A DNA stretch of 64,000 nucleotides, from positions 434,001 to 498,000 of the forward strand of contig BROI01000018.1 in NCBI GenBank assembly GCA_027923505.1, given 5' to 3'. The translations under genes were made by a program, and so were the position numbers. The notes under the pieces are model-generated. The model was not told the origin of the DNA. It saw only the letters and a program-made list of their open reading frames with translations, and searched no databases. The stretch comes from Mayamaea pseudoterrestris. Lineage: Eukaryota. This document shows positions 13,077 through 24,600 of the stretch, one piece after another. Every line of letters starts with the position of its first letter. Positions within the stretch are counted from its first letter, which is position 1.

Positions 13077-14987
13077 CTACTCGGCCGACGCATCTTCAAA
13101 CTCGGGCAAGGGCGTTGCGTATCCATCTCGTTCCGGAAGCGTCTTGTACACCTCCTGCAGCTTGGTCGTGATTGGACCTCGTTTGCCATTTCCAATGACT
13201 CGTCCATCAATCATTGTCACGGGAGTGAGCTCACCCATGGTACCAGTCGTAAAGACTTCGTCCGCCGCATGAAACTCGGCCAAGGAAATGCGCCGCTCCA
13301 CGCAAGGAATTCCAAGCTCCTTGGCAAGATTAATGACAGTTGCACGCGTAATGCCGGGGAGACAATAATCAGCGTGTGGCGTCAGCAAAACGCCATCTTC
13401 ATCCACCATGAACAAGTTGGTGGCATTCGTCTCGGAAACAAAGCCTTCCAAATCCAGCATGATGGCGTCAGCGGCTCCGGCTAAATTGGCCTGAATCTTT
13501 GGCAGTATATTGTTGATCAAGTTGTTGTGATGAATCTTGGAATCGACAGTCTGCGGCGAATTGCGTCGCTGCGAGGCAGAAATGAGTGTAATGCCTGCTT
13601 CATTGTCATAAGTCGTGGCACCCTCGGTGGGTTTCCACTCGGCCAAAACAATCAAGGTGGTTCCGTAAACGTTGAAAAGTGGATTCATACTTGACGTGTA
13701 CTTTTCGCCGCGCGTCAGTGTGAGACGAATATGTGCACCGTCCCGCATGTTGTTGGCAGCCACTGTTCTAAAAATGGCGTCAACAACTTGCTCCTTGGTA
13801 TGCACGTTTTCAAATCCCAGCGCCTTGGCGGAACGAAAGAGTCGCTTCAAGTGCTTGTCCAAGTGCAAAATCTTGTTGCGATACACTCTCAAGCCTTCCC
13901 ACGCCGCGTCTCCTCCTTGCACTGCCGAGTCCCACGGACTCACGCCCGCCATTTCGCGTGGCACCAACTGTCCGCGTCCCGGTGCTCCAACGTGTACGAG
14001 CAAGTGCTCGTTGCGCGCATCTTCATACGTGGTGGCTGCTGGAGGTCCGCGTGTTTGGTATCCGCGCGTCAGCGTTTTGAGAAACTGGTAGGCTGGCATG
14101 GACGCTCTCAAGGCATCCATGAGGCCTGGGTTCATGGTGCGGTAGCGAGTGTTTGTTGGCGCTACAGCTACTGCCGCATCAGCCTGTTGATTACTCGATA
14201 ATTGCTGCTGCAGCTTCCATCCAGTGCTTTTCCAAACATCGGCATACCACCATTCGGCCCATGGCCCGTCGCAAGCATGCGGACCAGCCTTCCACTCCAT
14301 CATGCTTGGCGTGTAGTCAATGCCAAGACTTTGACAGGTTGCTTGCAGAACATGTTGTGGATCCTGTACCAATTCGTCCGAATCCAATATAGTAACTGAG
14401 GTAGCTGTACTGTTCTTATTGCCATTATCATTCTTGCGACTCTGCATTTGCGAGTAAATGGCCAACAGTGGTACAATGCCAACTTCATCGGGCGTGGGAT
14501 TGTTGCCGTGCACATTGGCCGAGCAGCTCCAGCTGCTCAAGACGGACACTGGATCGCGAATGAGGAGCAAATGCTTGTGACTGTATTCAATGTCTTTGTC
14601 TTTCGATTCGACTTCCGCTTCAAAGTCATAGAGGAATGAGTGTTTCGCCATGTGCTTGCAAAAGATGACTCCGTTCGGCGACAACTCGGTTGCTGCCTTG
14701 TGCAGTCGCTCCTCCAGCGAAAGTTGCTCTCGCTGCCACGTTGAAGCGTTTGCACTACGTTCATGTCCAAGAGGCGGACATCCTGTAATCATCGCCTCTG
14801 TGTATGGTCGTTCCACGGCATCGCCCTTGCGCTCAAGCCACGAACGATAGAGTGGTTCATCCACTGCCACGCAATTGTCACTTCCTCGCGCTTCAAAGCT
14901 GTACAGCAGAGCGGTAGATCGACTGCGAGGTGCACTCCAGCAGTGAATGATTGTAATCTGTTTCTTGCCGCCGCTGCTGTTGGACAT
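13077..14987 (-). CDS. Sulfotransferase-like P-loop domain fused to class IV PLP aminotransferase (BCAT-like protein)
   Basis: N-domain HCWSAPRSRSTALLYSF..CKHMAKH..LLIRDP; C-domain GDAAWEGLRVY, HLKRLFRSA, KIHHNNLINNI, SETNATNLF, LPGITR, ADEVFTTGTMGELTPV. Start at MSNSSGG. Confidence 0.9.
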   Translation of the reverse strand: MSNSSGGKKQITIIHCWSAPRSRSTALLYSFEARGSDNCVAVDEPLYRSWLERKGDAVERPYTEAMITGCPPLGHERSANASTWQREQLSLEERLHKAATELSPNGVIFCKHMAKHSFLYDFEAEVESKDKDIEYSHKHLLLIRDPVSVLSSWSCSANVHGNNPTPDEVGIVPLLAIYSQMQSRKNDNGNKNSTATSVTILDSDELVQDPQHVLQATCQSLGIDYTPSMMEWKAGPHACDGPWAEWWYADVWKSTGWKLQQQLSSNQQADAAVAVAPTNTRYRTMNPGLMDALRASMPAYQFLKTLTRGYQTRGPPAATTYEDARNEHLLVHVGAPGRGQLVPREMAGVSPWDSAVQGGDAAWEGLRVYRNKILHLDKHLKRLFRSAKALGFENVHTKEQVVDAIFRTVAANNMRDGAHIRLTLTRGEKYTSSMNPLFNVYGTTLIVLAEWKPTEGATTYDNEAGITLISASQRRNSPQTVDSKIHHNNLINNILPKIQANLAGAADAIMLDLEGFVSETNATNLFMVDEDGVLLTPHADYCLPGITRATVINLAKELGIPCVERRISLAEFHAADEVFTTGTMGELTPVTMIDGRVIGNGKRGPITTKLQEVYKTLPERDGYATPLPEFEDASAE

Positions 14988-15250
14988 GCTTAAGTTCAAT
15001 TGTTTGGCTGTAAAGTTGGAGATCTTGGAACAAAAGTCGGCGCGAGCGGCGCGGCGCGGCGAAGTGTCACAGTCAGTCACGCTAAACTCGCAACGGTACC
15101 CCCTTAGTCGTAACGGTACTCGAAAGCATTCTTCGCCGCGCCGCGACGATTCACGGAACAAAAACACCAGATTTGCTTGTAGACGAGCACGAATTAGATT
15201 ATAGAGTACTTGTTTCCCATCCAGCAAACAAGACAATTACTAAGAGCACC

Positions 15251-17257
15251 ATGAACGATACAAGCATTGATCCATTCAGCTTGATTGAGCGCTCCATTGC
15301 CGCCAGATCGCCAGACGTTCAACCGAAACCACGCGTTGCATCAAGCGTGACACGGAAGAAGAAGACAAATACAAAGAAGCGCGACGATGCTAGCACCGTC
15401 TCAACGAGCGAAACGACCCGGCCGTTGGGAGACGATGGAGACGAAAGTATCAAGCTGGAGCTGCAGTCCTTCTTTCATGCTTCGCCAAAGTCAAACAAGG
15501 GGAAGCGAACGCAGCACGTCGTTGCTGCGACAAAATCATCATCCACGTCTCCTGCTTCGGCAAGATCTACTGTCACCACAACAATTTCGACAGATGGAAC
15601 AAGCAGCAATACTTCCGATTTATCAGAACTTGCCAAACAACTCCGTCTACTCCAAACCAAGAATGACGCGCAAACGATTGAAATGACTCGACTCGAACGT
15701 CAGTTGCAAATCATGGCCGATGTATCCAACGTTTCCGTCCACGACTTGCGGGCGGCTTTGTTGTCCGCCTGCGCGGCGCAAGCACCCAGCGAACTGCAGG
15801 CGAGTCTAGCGTCACTGCGCAACCAGTTGCAGCTGGCGCAGTTGCAGTTGCAACAACAACAGCAACAGCAACAGGGTGATGGATTTGTTCGCCGGCACAA
15901 TGAAGCGGCCGACTATCAGTTGCGCATTGGTGAATTGGAGGAGATTGAAGAGGAGCAACGACAGGAACTCAAAGTTTTATACAATGATTTGAGGGAGCAG
16001 TCGGCCTCGTGGATTCGACTCCGGGCGCAGTATGAGGAGCAGCAAGCTTTGTTGGAGGAGTACAAACGACGCGAAGAAGAAGGGGCAAGCTTAAAAGAAA
16101 AGGATGGGCAAATTACCAAAAACGACGATCCAGAGAATGACGACGATATGCAACAAGAGGAGGAACGACTCGAGGCGTCGGAGCAGCTACTGCGCGAAGA
16201 ACTGGAACTCGCATCTGATCTTGGTGGACTTTTGTCGTCACCACGATCGACAGAAGACCAAACTGCGACGGCGACTGTCGAGGAACAAGTCGAGCAAGGG
16301 CAGCTAGTTATTGTCCAAAAGCAATTGGCGGAAAGTGAAAAGAATTATAAACTAAAGCAAGAGCAACTCAAGGCACGAAACTTTGTGCTTGAAGAACACG
16401 TGCAAGATTTGGAGCAGCAACTTTCGTCACTTTACATGGCCTTTAACATTACGTCGCAGGATTTGGAGCAGGAGCAACAGGCTCGGCGAGCATTGGAACT
16501 CAACCTGCATGCCGCAGATGAACGTGTCGCGCAATATCTCGATACAACCACAAAGTCGGAGAATGCAAAGAAAGTGTCAAAGTCACATTCGGTCGCTCAA
16601 GCAGGTGACGACGAATCATCCGAAAGGTTCGGCCCAGCGCAGCATAGTCCACAAAGGCTACCTACGCCGCAGCGTCATGGCACGTCTCAGAGGCAGCTTG
16701 TGTCGCCCCCGCTCACATCTTCGCCGTCACCAGTACCAAGATTGGAGCAGCCAGGTGATTTCTCGCCCACACAGTCTACCCGAGAGTTGCTATTGGAAGG
16801 AAATCTCTTACTTCGTACGACTGGCATGCGGAGGACGTGGAAGGAAAAGCATGCGGCGCTCTACCTTTCGTCGACGCAATTTTATCTGGTCTTGTCTAAT
16901 CCTGGTGAGCGATGGAACGCCAAGACTTTTAAGGCAGCAACTGGCAGCGCGGAGCTGCAAACGTATCGCAAGCAGCCCTTTGCATTTACTCTGCTGATAG
17001 CGCCTGGCGATAACTCCGCGGTTGTCTTGTATCTGGGCGCGACGAGCGAAACAGATTTCACGAATTGGATGAATGCGTTGGGTAGCGTGTCGAGCCACCC
17101 CGACCCATTGTCTGGAGATCACATGGATGATGCAACTAGCGTTAGTCGGGAAACAAGTCCAGAGATGACACCAGATGTTGCGAGCCAGGAGGCTGCTGAT
17201 TTGGAACGTGCCATTTTGCTTTCTACTCGTGAACAGCATGTCCATAGTTATTGCTAA
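15251..17257 (+). CDS. Coiled-coil protein with C-terminal PH domain and UIM-like motif
   Basis: Long heptad region; PH-like LLEGNLLLR..RRTWKEKHAAL..YLGATSETDFTNWMNAL; EAADLERAILLS resembles a ubiquitin-interacting motif. Confidence 0.7.
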   Translation: MNDTSIDPFSLIERSIAARSPDVQPKPRVASSVTRKKKTNTKKRDDASTVSTSETTRPLGDDGDESIKLELQSFFHASPKSNKGKRTQHVVAATKSSSTSPASARSTVTTTISTDGTSSNTSDLSELAKQLRLLQTKNDAQTIEMTRLERQLQIMADVSNVSVHDLRAALLSACAAQAPSELQASLASLRNQLQLAQLQLQQQQQQQQGDGFVRRHNEAADYQLRIGELEEIEEEQRQELKVLYNDLREQSASWIRLRAQYEEQQALLEEYKRREEEGASLKEKDGQITKNDDPENDDDMQQEEERLEASEQLLREELELASDLGGLLSSPRSTEDQTATATVEEQVEQGQLVIVQKQLAESEKNYKLKQEQLKARNFVLEEHVQDLEQQLSSLYMAFNITSQDLEQEQQARRALELNLHAADERVAQYLDTTTKSENAKKVSKSHSVAQAGDDESSERFGPAQHSPQRLPTPQRHGTSQRQLVSPPLTSSPSPVPRLEQPGDFSPTQSTRELLLEGNLLLRTTGMRRTWKEKHAALYLSSTQFYLVLSNPGERWNAKTFKAATGSAELQTYRKQPFAFTLLIAPGDNSAVVLYLGATSETDFTNWMNALGSVSSHPDPLSGDHMDDATSVSRETSPEMTPDVASQEAADLERAILLSTREQHVHSYC

Positions 17258-17423
17258 CAGTAAATTTGTTAGGCTGACGAACTATTCTAGTGCCAAGCGT
17301 AATACAGTAGCACAACAAGTACAGTCAACAGAAGGTTTATAATGGTGATCTACGTAGGAAAGGTTAATTAGACAAGCTCATAATGGGTCGGAACAGATAC
17401 ACAGAGGTTTGACAGTCGTCAAA

Positions 17424-18689
17424 TCACGCGGACGCAGTGAGTTTGAGAACGTTTCCGTCCTCATCAATCGGCTTGCCATCGTACCGAGTCTTGGCAAACG
17501 CAGCCTTTGCGCGGATGCCCTCATCCTCGGCATGATAAATGGTACGAATAAGTGTCGAACTGCAAGCTTCCGTGCGAGGGACAAAGTGCACCGGCATGAC
17601 CGACTCGACCCAATCTCGACCTGGAAACTCCAACATATCGTCACCGCGTGCGTAGCAGCACGATCCTGCAACAATGTCCTGTCGACTAACCATGGCTTTC
17701 ACAAAGGGCATTGGATCGGTGGAAGGAATCACAAAGATCTGATCCACGTACGGTCTAATGTTTTCCATGCGGTCCTCGAGCTTGTCAATGGGTGCCTTGC
17801 TCTTGAGCTGATAGTACGAAGCATCGTCATGTATGCCAGCAACGATGAAGCAACCAAATTCGCGGAGTGAGTTAAGCACATTTTGGTGGCCTCGATGGAA
17901 AAGGTCAAAGCATCCAATAGTGTAGACCTTGCGGTTCTCCCAGCCTTCTGGAAGCTGAGGCTTGAGAGCATGAACTTCGTCGATCAACCTGCCAACATGC
18001 TTCTTCATTTCGCAAAGCGCCTGTCCATTAAGGTAGGGACTAGCTGCCAGAATTTCATCAACTTTGTTGTCGCGAATTGACGTGCCAGCTCGCTTGTCAT
18101 ATTTCTTAAAAATCTTCGACATAGCCGTCTTGTTGAGGTCGAGGAATTCAAGCAGCAAGTCAAGCTCGCGGTCAAAAGTAACCAAGGACTTTTTGGCGTA
18201 GATGAACGCATTGAAATGTTTGCTGGAACCCATGCGACGGTACTCCTCCTTGAGGTAGGCTTGATGGGTACCGAACGATTGACGCTTCGAGGTGAGTGTC
18301 AAGAATCCACTCTCAAGCTCTGGCACATAGATAATATCGCTTCCTTCAGCGACTTCGACGTTTCCATCCTCCGTTTCATCATCCGACGAGAGAGACTGCG
18401 CATCAGAATCCGAGGACGGTTCAGTAATGCTTCCCGATCGTGGCGAACTAGGTGCAGTCGCCCGCAATTGAGCGACGCGCTCTTCCAGTACGTTCATATA
18501 TTCCTTGGCCCACTGCTCCTTGTCATGGTAAAATTTGGAAAGCTTATGTTCGTTCGCAGCCATACTGGCGGAGAAATCATCAACATTGGGCGTGTCATCT
18601 TTCAATGATCGCTTGAGAGCTTTGTAGTCCACAGCATAGAAGCGCCATTCTTTAAGAGTCTTCTCACGCAAGAGTTTGCCGAATTTCAT
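17424..18689 (-). CDS. SPX domain fused to a cytidylyltransferase (HxGH nucleotidyltransferase) domain
   Basis: SPX hallmarks MKFGK..EWRFYAVDYKALK and LNKTAMSKIFKKYDK; CTase motifs GCFDLFHRGH, GIHDD, RGDD, RTEACSST. Confidence 0.88.
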   Translation of the reverse strand: MKFGKLLREKTLKEWRFYAVDYKALKRSLKDDTPNVDDFSASMAANEHKLSKFYHDKEQWAKEYMNVLEERVAQLRATAPSSPRSGSITEPSSDSDAQSLSSDDETEDGNVEVAEGSDIIYVPELESGFLTLTSKRQSFGTHQAYLKEEYRRMGSSKHFNAFIYAKKSLVTFDRELDLLLEFLDLNKTAMSKIFKKYDKRAGTSIRDNKVDEILAASPYLNGQALCEMKKHVGRLIDEVHALKPQLPEGWENRKVYTIGCFDLFHRGHQNVLNSLREFGCFIVAGIHDDASYYQLKSKAPIDKLEDRMENIRPYVDQIFVIPSTDPMPFVKAMVSRQDIVAGSCCYARGDDMLEFPGRDWVESVMPVHFVPRTEACSSTLIRTIYHAEDEGIRAKAAFAKTRYDGKPIDEDGNVLKLTASA

Positions 18690-21600
18690 GCCTTGTGATC
18701 GAAACGCAATGCTCTTCTGTTACAGTAAAAGGGAAAAACATGTTAGCTAACATGTTGGGGCAGTGGTTGAAGTTAAGTGCCACGTAGGCACGAACGCGTC
18801 AATAAGTGACTCATGCATCGTCACGGGCATGGCTGGCTCTCAGACGATTTCACGGCCATGAACAAACGATGAAAACACCTCCGTTGATGGTCCGTGCGAA
18901 AAAGGGTTCCAGCTGTCGTCCATGGGCATGGCGTAATGCACGCGCCAATGGTTTGAACAGTGAACTCCTGCGACCCACCATGGACAACGTGAACAACATG
19001 GACGAGTCAAATTACCGAGGACCAGCAATACTCATAACTTCCAAAGTTCGACATCCAAGGTGCGTTTAAAACCTTGCGACGACGAACAATGATCATCATC
19101 GCGTCGTCTTCCGCCGGAAGTCGGAACTTGAAGAGCATCAAACGAGATGGACGGCGCAAAAAGCACGACAAAGCCAAGCAAGCAAGTCAGCATGACTTGA
19201 ATACAAGAAACCAAACTTAATCATTGATGGATAAGCTGGAGATATCCGATAACCAACTATATCGTTCTCTCCAGTCTCCCTTGGACGGTCGTCTGCACTT
19301 TGGACAGCAAGCAGCATGTATCTGAATTCAGCGCGTCGACGAACGAGTCGCAACAAAAAGGATGGCACCATGACGTAAAACACGATAAAACCAATGCCAC
19401 CGCATTCTCGCTTAACAATTCTCACATGTGATGGGTCGGCTTCCTGCCTCCATGCGCGACGGATGTTCACTCACCTCTTTCTCGAATTGTGGAGGAGCCG
19501 AATGTTTGGTTCACGTCAGCGTGACGAGCTTGGCCGAACGCTATGGAGTACACAATGAGGCGCGGCTGGCGCGGACAGACACTGCGGGTGGAAACGTCCT
19601 CTTGTCGGATTGTGACAAAAAAGTCCCCGGCGCAGTTTGCAGCGAGCCTGGGCCCCGCGCTATGGTGGACTTACTTACAAAAATTGCATTATAGGCCCTT
19701 TGTCAAAGCTGTATAATAATGTCTTGTGTCTACTGGAAGATGCTGTTGAGAGTTCCTTGCTTTGACCTGCATCCATTTGTTGGTGCGAAATGGGTAGTTG
19801 ATCTTTTATTTATTGTAGACAGCCCTAACAAACTACCCATCTCTGTATTTGACAATATTAGTTCTCTTCTCAAGGAAGGCATTATTTGTGCACCTTCACC
19901 TGCTTCCCAACTCCATTGGCCTGATAAGTTTGGCCAACAGATGGACAAATGGACACTAGTGATATTTGAAAATCATCTCCCAGCAGGGCATAATTGATGA
20001 TGGACAAGATTTAATATTCACATTGCAGTCTACTATGACACCAGCCAGGCATACCATCTTGTAGCGCAGCCTGACAAATATTGTTGGCACCATTCTAGTG
20101 TAATTTGGGCAACTACAGGGCTTGCTGTAGGGGCGTTTGAACGTCATGGCATCTGCGGGCTGAGACTGGTGACAAGTTGTCACCATATACATTGCCATCC
20201 CCGGAGACACCAGCCAAGCCTCCCATCTTGTAGCGCAGCCTGAATAATGATGTTGGCACCATTCTGGTGTAAATGGGCAACTACAGGTCTTGCTGTAGGG
20301 GCGTTTGCATGTCTTGGCATCTGCGGGCTGAGACTGGTGACAAGTTGTCACCAAATACATTGCCATCCCCTGAGACGCCAGCCAAGCCTACCATCCTGTA
20401 GCGCAGCCTGAATAATGATGTTGGCACCATTCTGGTGTAATTTGGGCACCTACAGGGCTTGCTGTAGGGGCGTTTGAATGTCATGGCATCTGCGGGCTGA
20501 GACTGGTGACAAGTTGTCACCAAATACATTGCCATCCCCTGAGACACCAGCTAGGCCTACCATCTTGTAGCGCAGCCTGAATAATGATGTTGGCACCATT
20601 CTGGTGTCATTTGGGCAACTACATGGCTTGCTGTAGGGGCGTTTGAATGGCATGGCACCTGTGGGCTGAGACTGGTGACAAGTTGTCACCAAATACATTG
20701 CCATCCCCTGAGACACCAGCCAAGCCTACCATCTTGTAGCGCAGCCTGAATAATGATGTTGGCACCATTCTGATGTAATTTGGGCACCTACAGGGCTTGC
20801 TGTAGGGGCGTTTGAATGTCATGGCATCTGCGGGCTGAGACTGGTGACAAGTTGTCACCAAATACATTGCCATCCCCTGAGACACCAGCTAGGCCTACCA
20901 TCTTGTAGCGCAGCCTGAATAATGATGTTGGCACCATTCTGGTGTCATTTGGGCAACTACAGACACCAGCCAGGCCTACCATCTTGTAGCGCAGCCTGAC
21001 AAATATTGTTGGCACCATTCTAGTGTAATTTGGGCAACTACAGGGCTTGCTGTAGGGGCGTTTGAACGTCATGGCATCTGCGGGCTGAGACTGGTGACAA
21101 GTTGTCACCATATACATTGCCATCCCCGGAGACACCAGCCAAGCCTCCCATCTTGTAGCGCAGCCTGAATAATGATGTTGGCACCATTCTGGTGTAAATG
21201 GGCAACTACAGGTCTTGCTGTAGGGGCGTTTGCATGTCTTGGCATCTGCGGGCTGAGACTGGTGACAAGTTGTCACCAAATACATTGCCATCCCCTGAGA
21301 CGCCAGCCAAGCCTACCATCCTGTAGCGCAGCCTGAATAATGATGTTGGCACCATTCTGGTGTAATTTGGGCACCTACAGGGCTTGCTGTAGGGGCGTTT
21401 GAATGTCATGGCATCTGCGGGCTGAGACTGGTGACAAGTTGTCACCAAATACATTGCCATCCCCTGAGACACCAGCTAGGCCTACCATCTTGTAGCGCAG
21501 CCTGAATAATGATGTTGGCACCATTCTGGTGTCATTTGGGCAACTACATGGCTTGCTGTAGGGGCGTTTGAATGGCATGGCACCTGTGGGCTGAGACTGG

Positions 21601-24600
21601 TGACAAGTTGTCACCAAATACATTGCCATCCCCTGAGACACCAGCCAAGCCTACCATCTTGTAGCGCAGCCTGAATAATGATGTTGGCACCATTCTGATG
21701 TAATTTGGGCACCTACAGGGCTTGCTGTAGGGGCGTTTGAATGTCATGGCATCTGCGGGCTGAGACTGGTGACAAGTTGTCACCAAATACATTGCCATCC
21801 CCTGAGACACCAGCTAGGCCTACCATCTTGTAGCGCAGCCTGAATAATGATGTTGGCACCATTCTGGTGTCATTTGGGCAACTACATGGCTTGCTGTAGG
21901 GGCGTTTGAATGGCATGGCCCCTGTGGGCTGAGACTGGTGACAAGTTGTCACCAAATACATTGCCATCCCCTGAGACACCAGCCAAGCCTACCATCTTGT
22001 AGCGCAGCCTGAATAATGATGTTGGCACCATTCTGATGTAATTTGGGCACCTACAGGGCTTGCTGTAGGGGCGTTTGAATGTCATGGCATCTGCAGGCTG
22101 AGACTGGTGACAAGTTGTCACCAAATACATTGCCATACCCTGAGACACCAGCCAAGCCTACCATCTTGTAGCACAGGCACAAAAATGTTGTTGGCACCAT
22201 TCTGGTGTAATCTGGGCAACTACAGGGCTTGCTGTAGGGGCGTTTGCATGTCATGGCATCTGCGGGCTGAGACTGGTGACAAGTTGTCACCAAATACATT
22301 GCTATCCCCTGAGACACCAGCTAGGCCTACCATCCTGTAGCGCAGCCTGAATATTGATGTCGGCACCATTCTGGTGTCATTTTGGCAACTACATGGCTTG
22401 CTGTAGGGGCGTTTGAATGTCATGGCATCTGCGGGCTGAGACTGGTGACAAGTTGTCACCAAATACATTGCCATCCCCTGAGACGCCAGCCAAGCTTACC
22501 ATCCTGTAGCGCAGCCAAAACAATGATGTTGGCACCATTCTGGTGTCATTTGGGCAACTACAGGGCTTGCTGTAGGGGCATTTGAATGTCATGGCATCTG
22601 CGGGCTGAGACTGGTGACAAGTTGTCACCAAATACATTGCCATCCCCTGAGACACCAGCTAGGCCTACCATCTTGTAGCGCAGCCACAAAAATGATGTTG
22701 GCACCATTCTGGTGTAATCTGGGCACCTACAGGGCTTGCTGTAGGGGCGTTTGAATGTCATGGCATCTGCAGGCTGAGACTGGTGACAAGTTGTCACCAA
22801 ATACATTGCCATCCCCTGAGACACCAGCTAGGCCTACCATCTTGTAGCGCAGCCTGAATAATGATGTTGGCACCATTCTGGTGTAATTTGGGCACCTACA
22901 GGGCTTGCTGTAGGGGCGTTTGAATGTCATGGCACCTGCGGGCTGAGACTGGTGACAAGTTGTCACCAAATACATTGCCATCCCCTGAGACACCAGCCAA
23001 GCCTACCATCTTGTAGCGCAGCCTGAATAATGATGTTGGCACCATTCTGGTGTAATTTGGGCACCTACAGGGCTTGCTGTAGGGGCGTTTGAATGTCATG
23101 GCACCTGTGGGCTGAGACTGGTGACAAGTTGTCACCAAATACATTGCCATCCCCTGAGACACCAGCCAAGCCTACCATCTTGTAGCGCAGCCTGAATAAT
23201 GATGTTGGCACCATTCTGGTGTAATTTGGGCACCTACAGGGCTTGCTGTAGGGGCGTTTGAATGTCATGGCACCTGTGGGCTGAGACTGGTGACAAGTTG
23301 TCACCAAATACATTGCCATCCCCTGAGACACCAGCCAAGCCTACCATCTTGTAGCGCAGCCTGAATAATGATGTTGGCACCATTCTGGTGTAATTTGGGC
23401 ACCTACAGGGCTTGCTGTAGGGGCGTTTGAATGTCATGGCACCTGTGGGCTGAGACTGGTGACAAGTTGTCACCAAATACATTGCCATCCCCTGAGACAC
23501 CAGCCAAGCCTACCATCTTGTAGCGCAGCCTGAATAATGATGTTGGCACCATTCTGGTGTAATTTGGGCACCTACAGGGCTTGCTGTAGGGGCGTTTGAA
23601 TGTCATGGCATCTGCGGGCTGAGACTGGTGACAAGTTGTCACCAAATACATTGCCATACCCTGAGACACCAGCCAAGCCTACCATCTTGTAACGCAGCCA
23701 CATAAATGATGTTGGCACCATTCTGGTGTAATCCGGGCAACTACAGGGCTTGCTGTAGGGGCGTTTGAATGGCATGGCACCTGTGGGCTGAGACTGGTGA
23801 CAAGTTGTCACCAAATACATTGCCATCCCCTGAGACACCAGCCAAGCCTACCATCTTGTAGCGCAGCCTGAATAATGATGTTGGCACCATTCTGGTGTCA
23901 TTTGGGCAACTACATGGCTTGCTGTAGGGGCGTTTGAATGTCATGGCATCTGCGGGCTGAGACTGGTGACAAGTTGTCACCAAATACATTGCCATCCCCT
24001 GAGACACCAGCCAAGCCTACCATCTTGTAGCGCAGCCTGAATAATGATGTTGGCACCATTCTGGTGTAATTTGGGCACCTACAGGGCTTGCTGTAGGGGC
24101 GTTTGAATGTCATGGCATCTGCGGGCTGAGACTGGTGACAAGTTGTCACCAAATACATTGCCATCCCCTGAGACACCAGCCAAGCCTACCATCTTGTAGC
24201 GCAGCCACAAAAATGATGTTGGCACCATTCTGGTGTCATTTGGGCAACTACAGGGCTTGCTGTAGGGGCGTTTGAATGTCATGGCATCTGCGGGCTGAGA
24301 CTGGTGACAAGTTGTCACCAAATACATTGCCATCCCCTGAGACGCCAGCCAAGCCTACCATCCTGTAGCGCAGCCTGAATAATGATGTTGGCACCATTCT
24401 GGTGTCATTTGAGCACCTACAGGGCTTGCTGTAGGGGCGTTTGAATGGCATGGCACCTGTGGGCTGAGACTGGTGACAAGTTGTCACCAAATACATTGCC
24501 ATCCCCTGAGACACCAGCCAAGCCTACTATCTTGTAGCGCAGCCTGAATAATGATGTTGGCACCATTCTGGTGTAATTTGGGCACCTACAGGGCTTGCTG

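Noticed and set aside
14988..15250. Overlapping N-terminal extensions of ORFs 13077-15236 and 15173-17257
   Set aside because: Rely on non-ATG starts; real starts more plausibly 14987 and 15251
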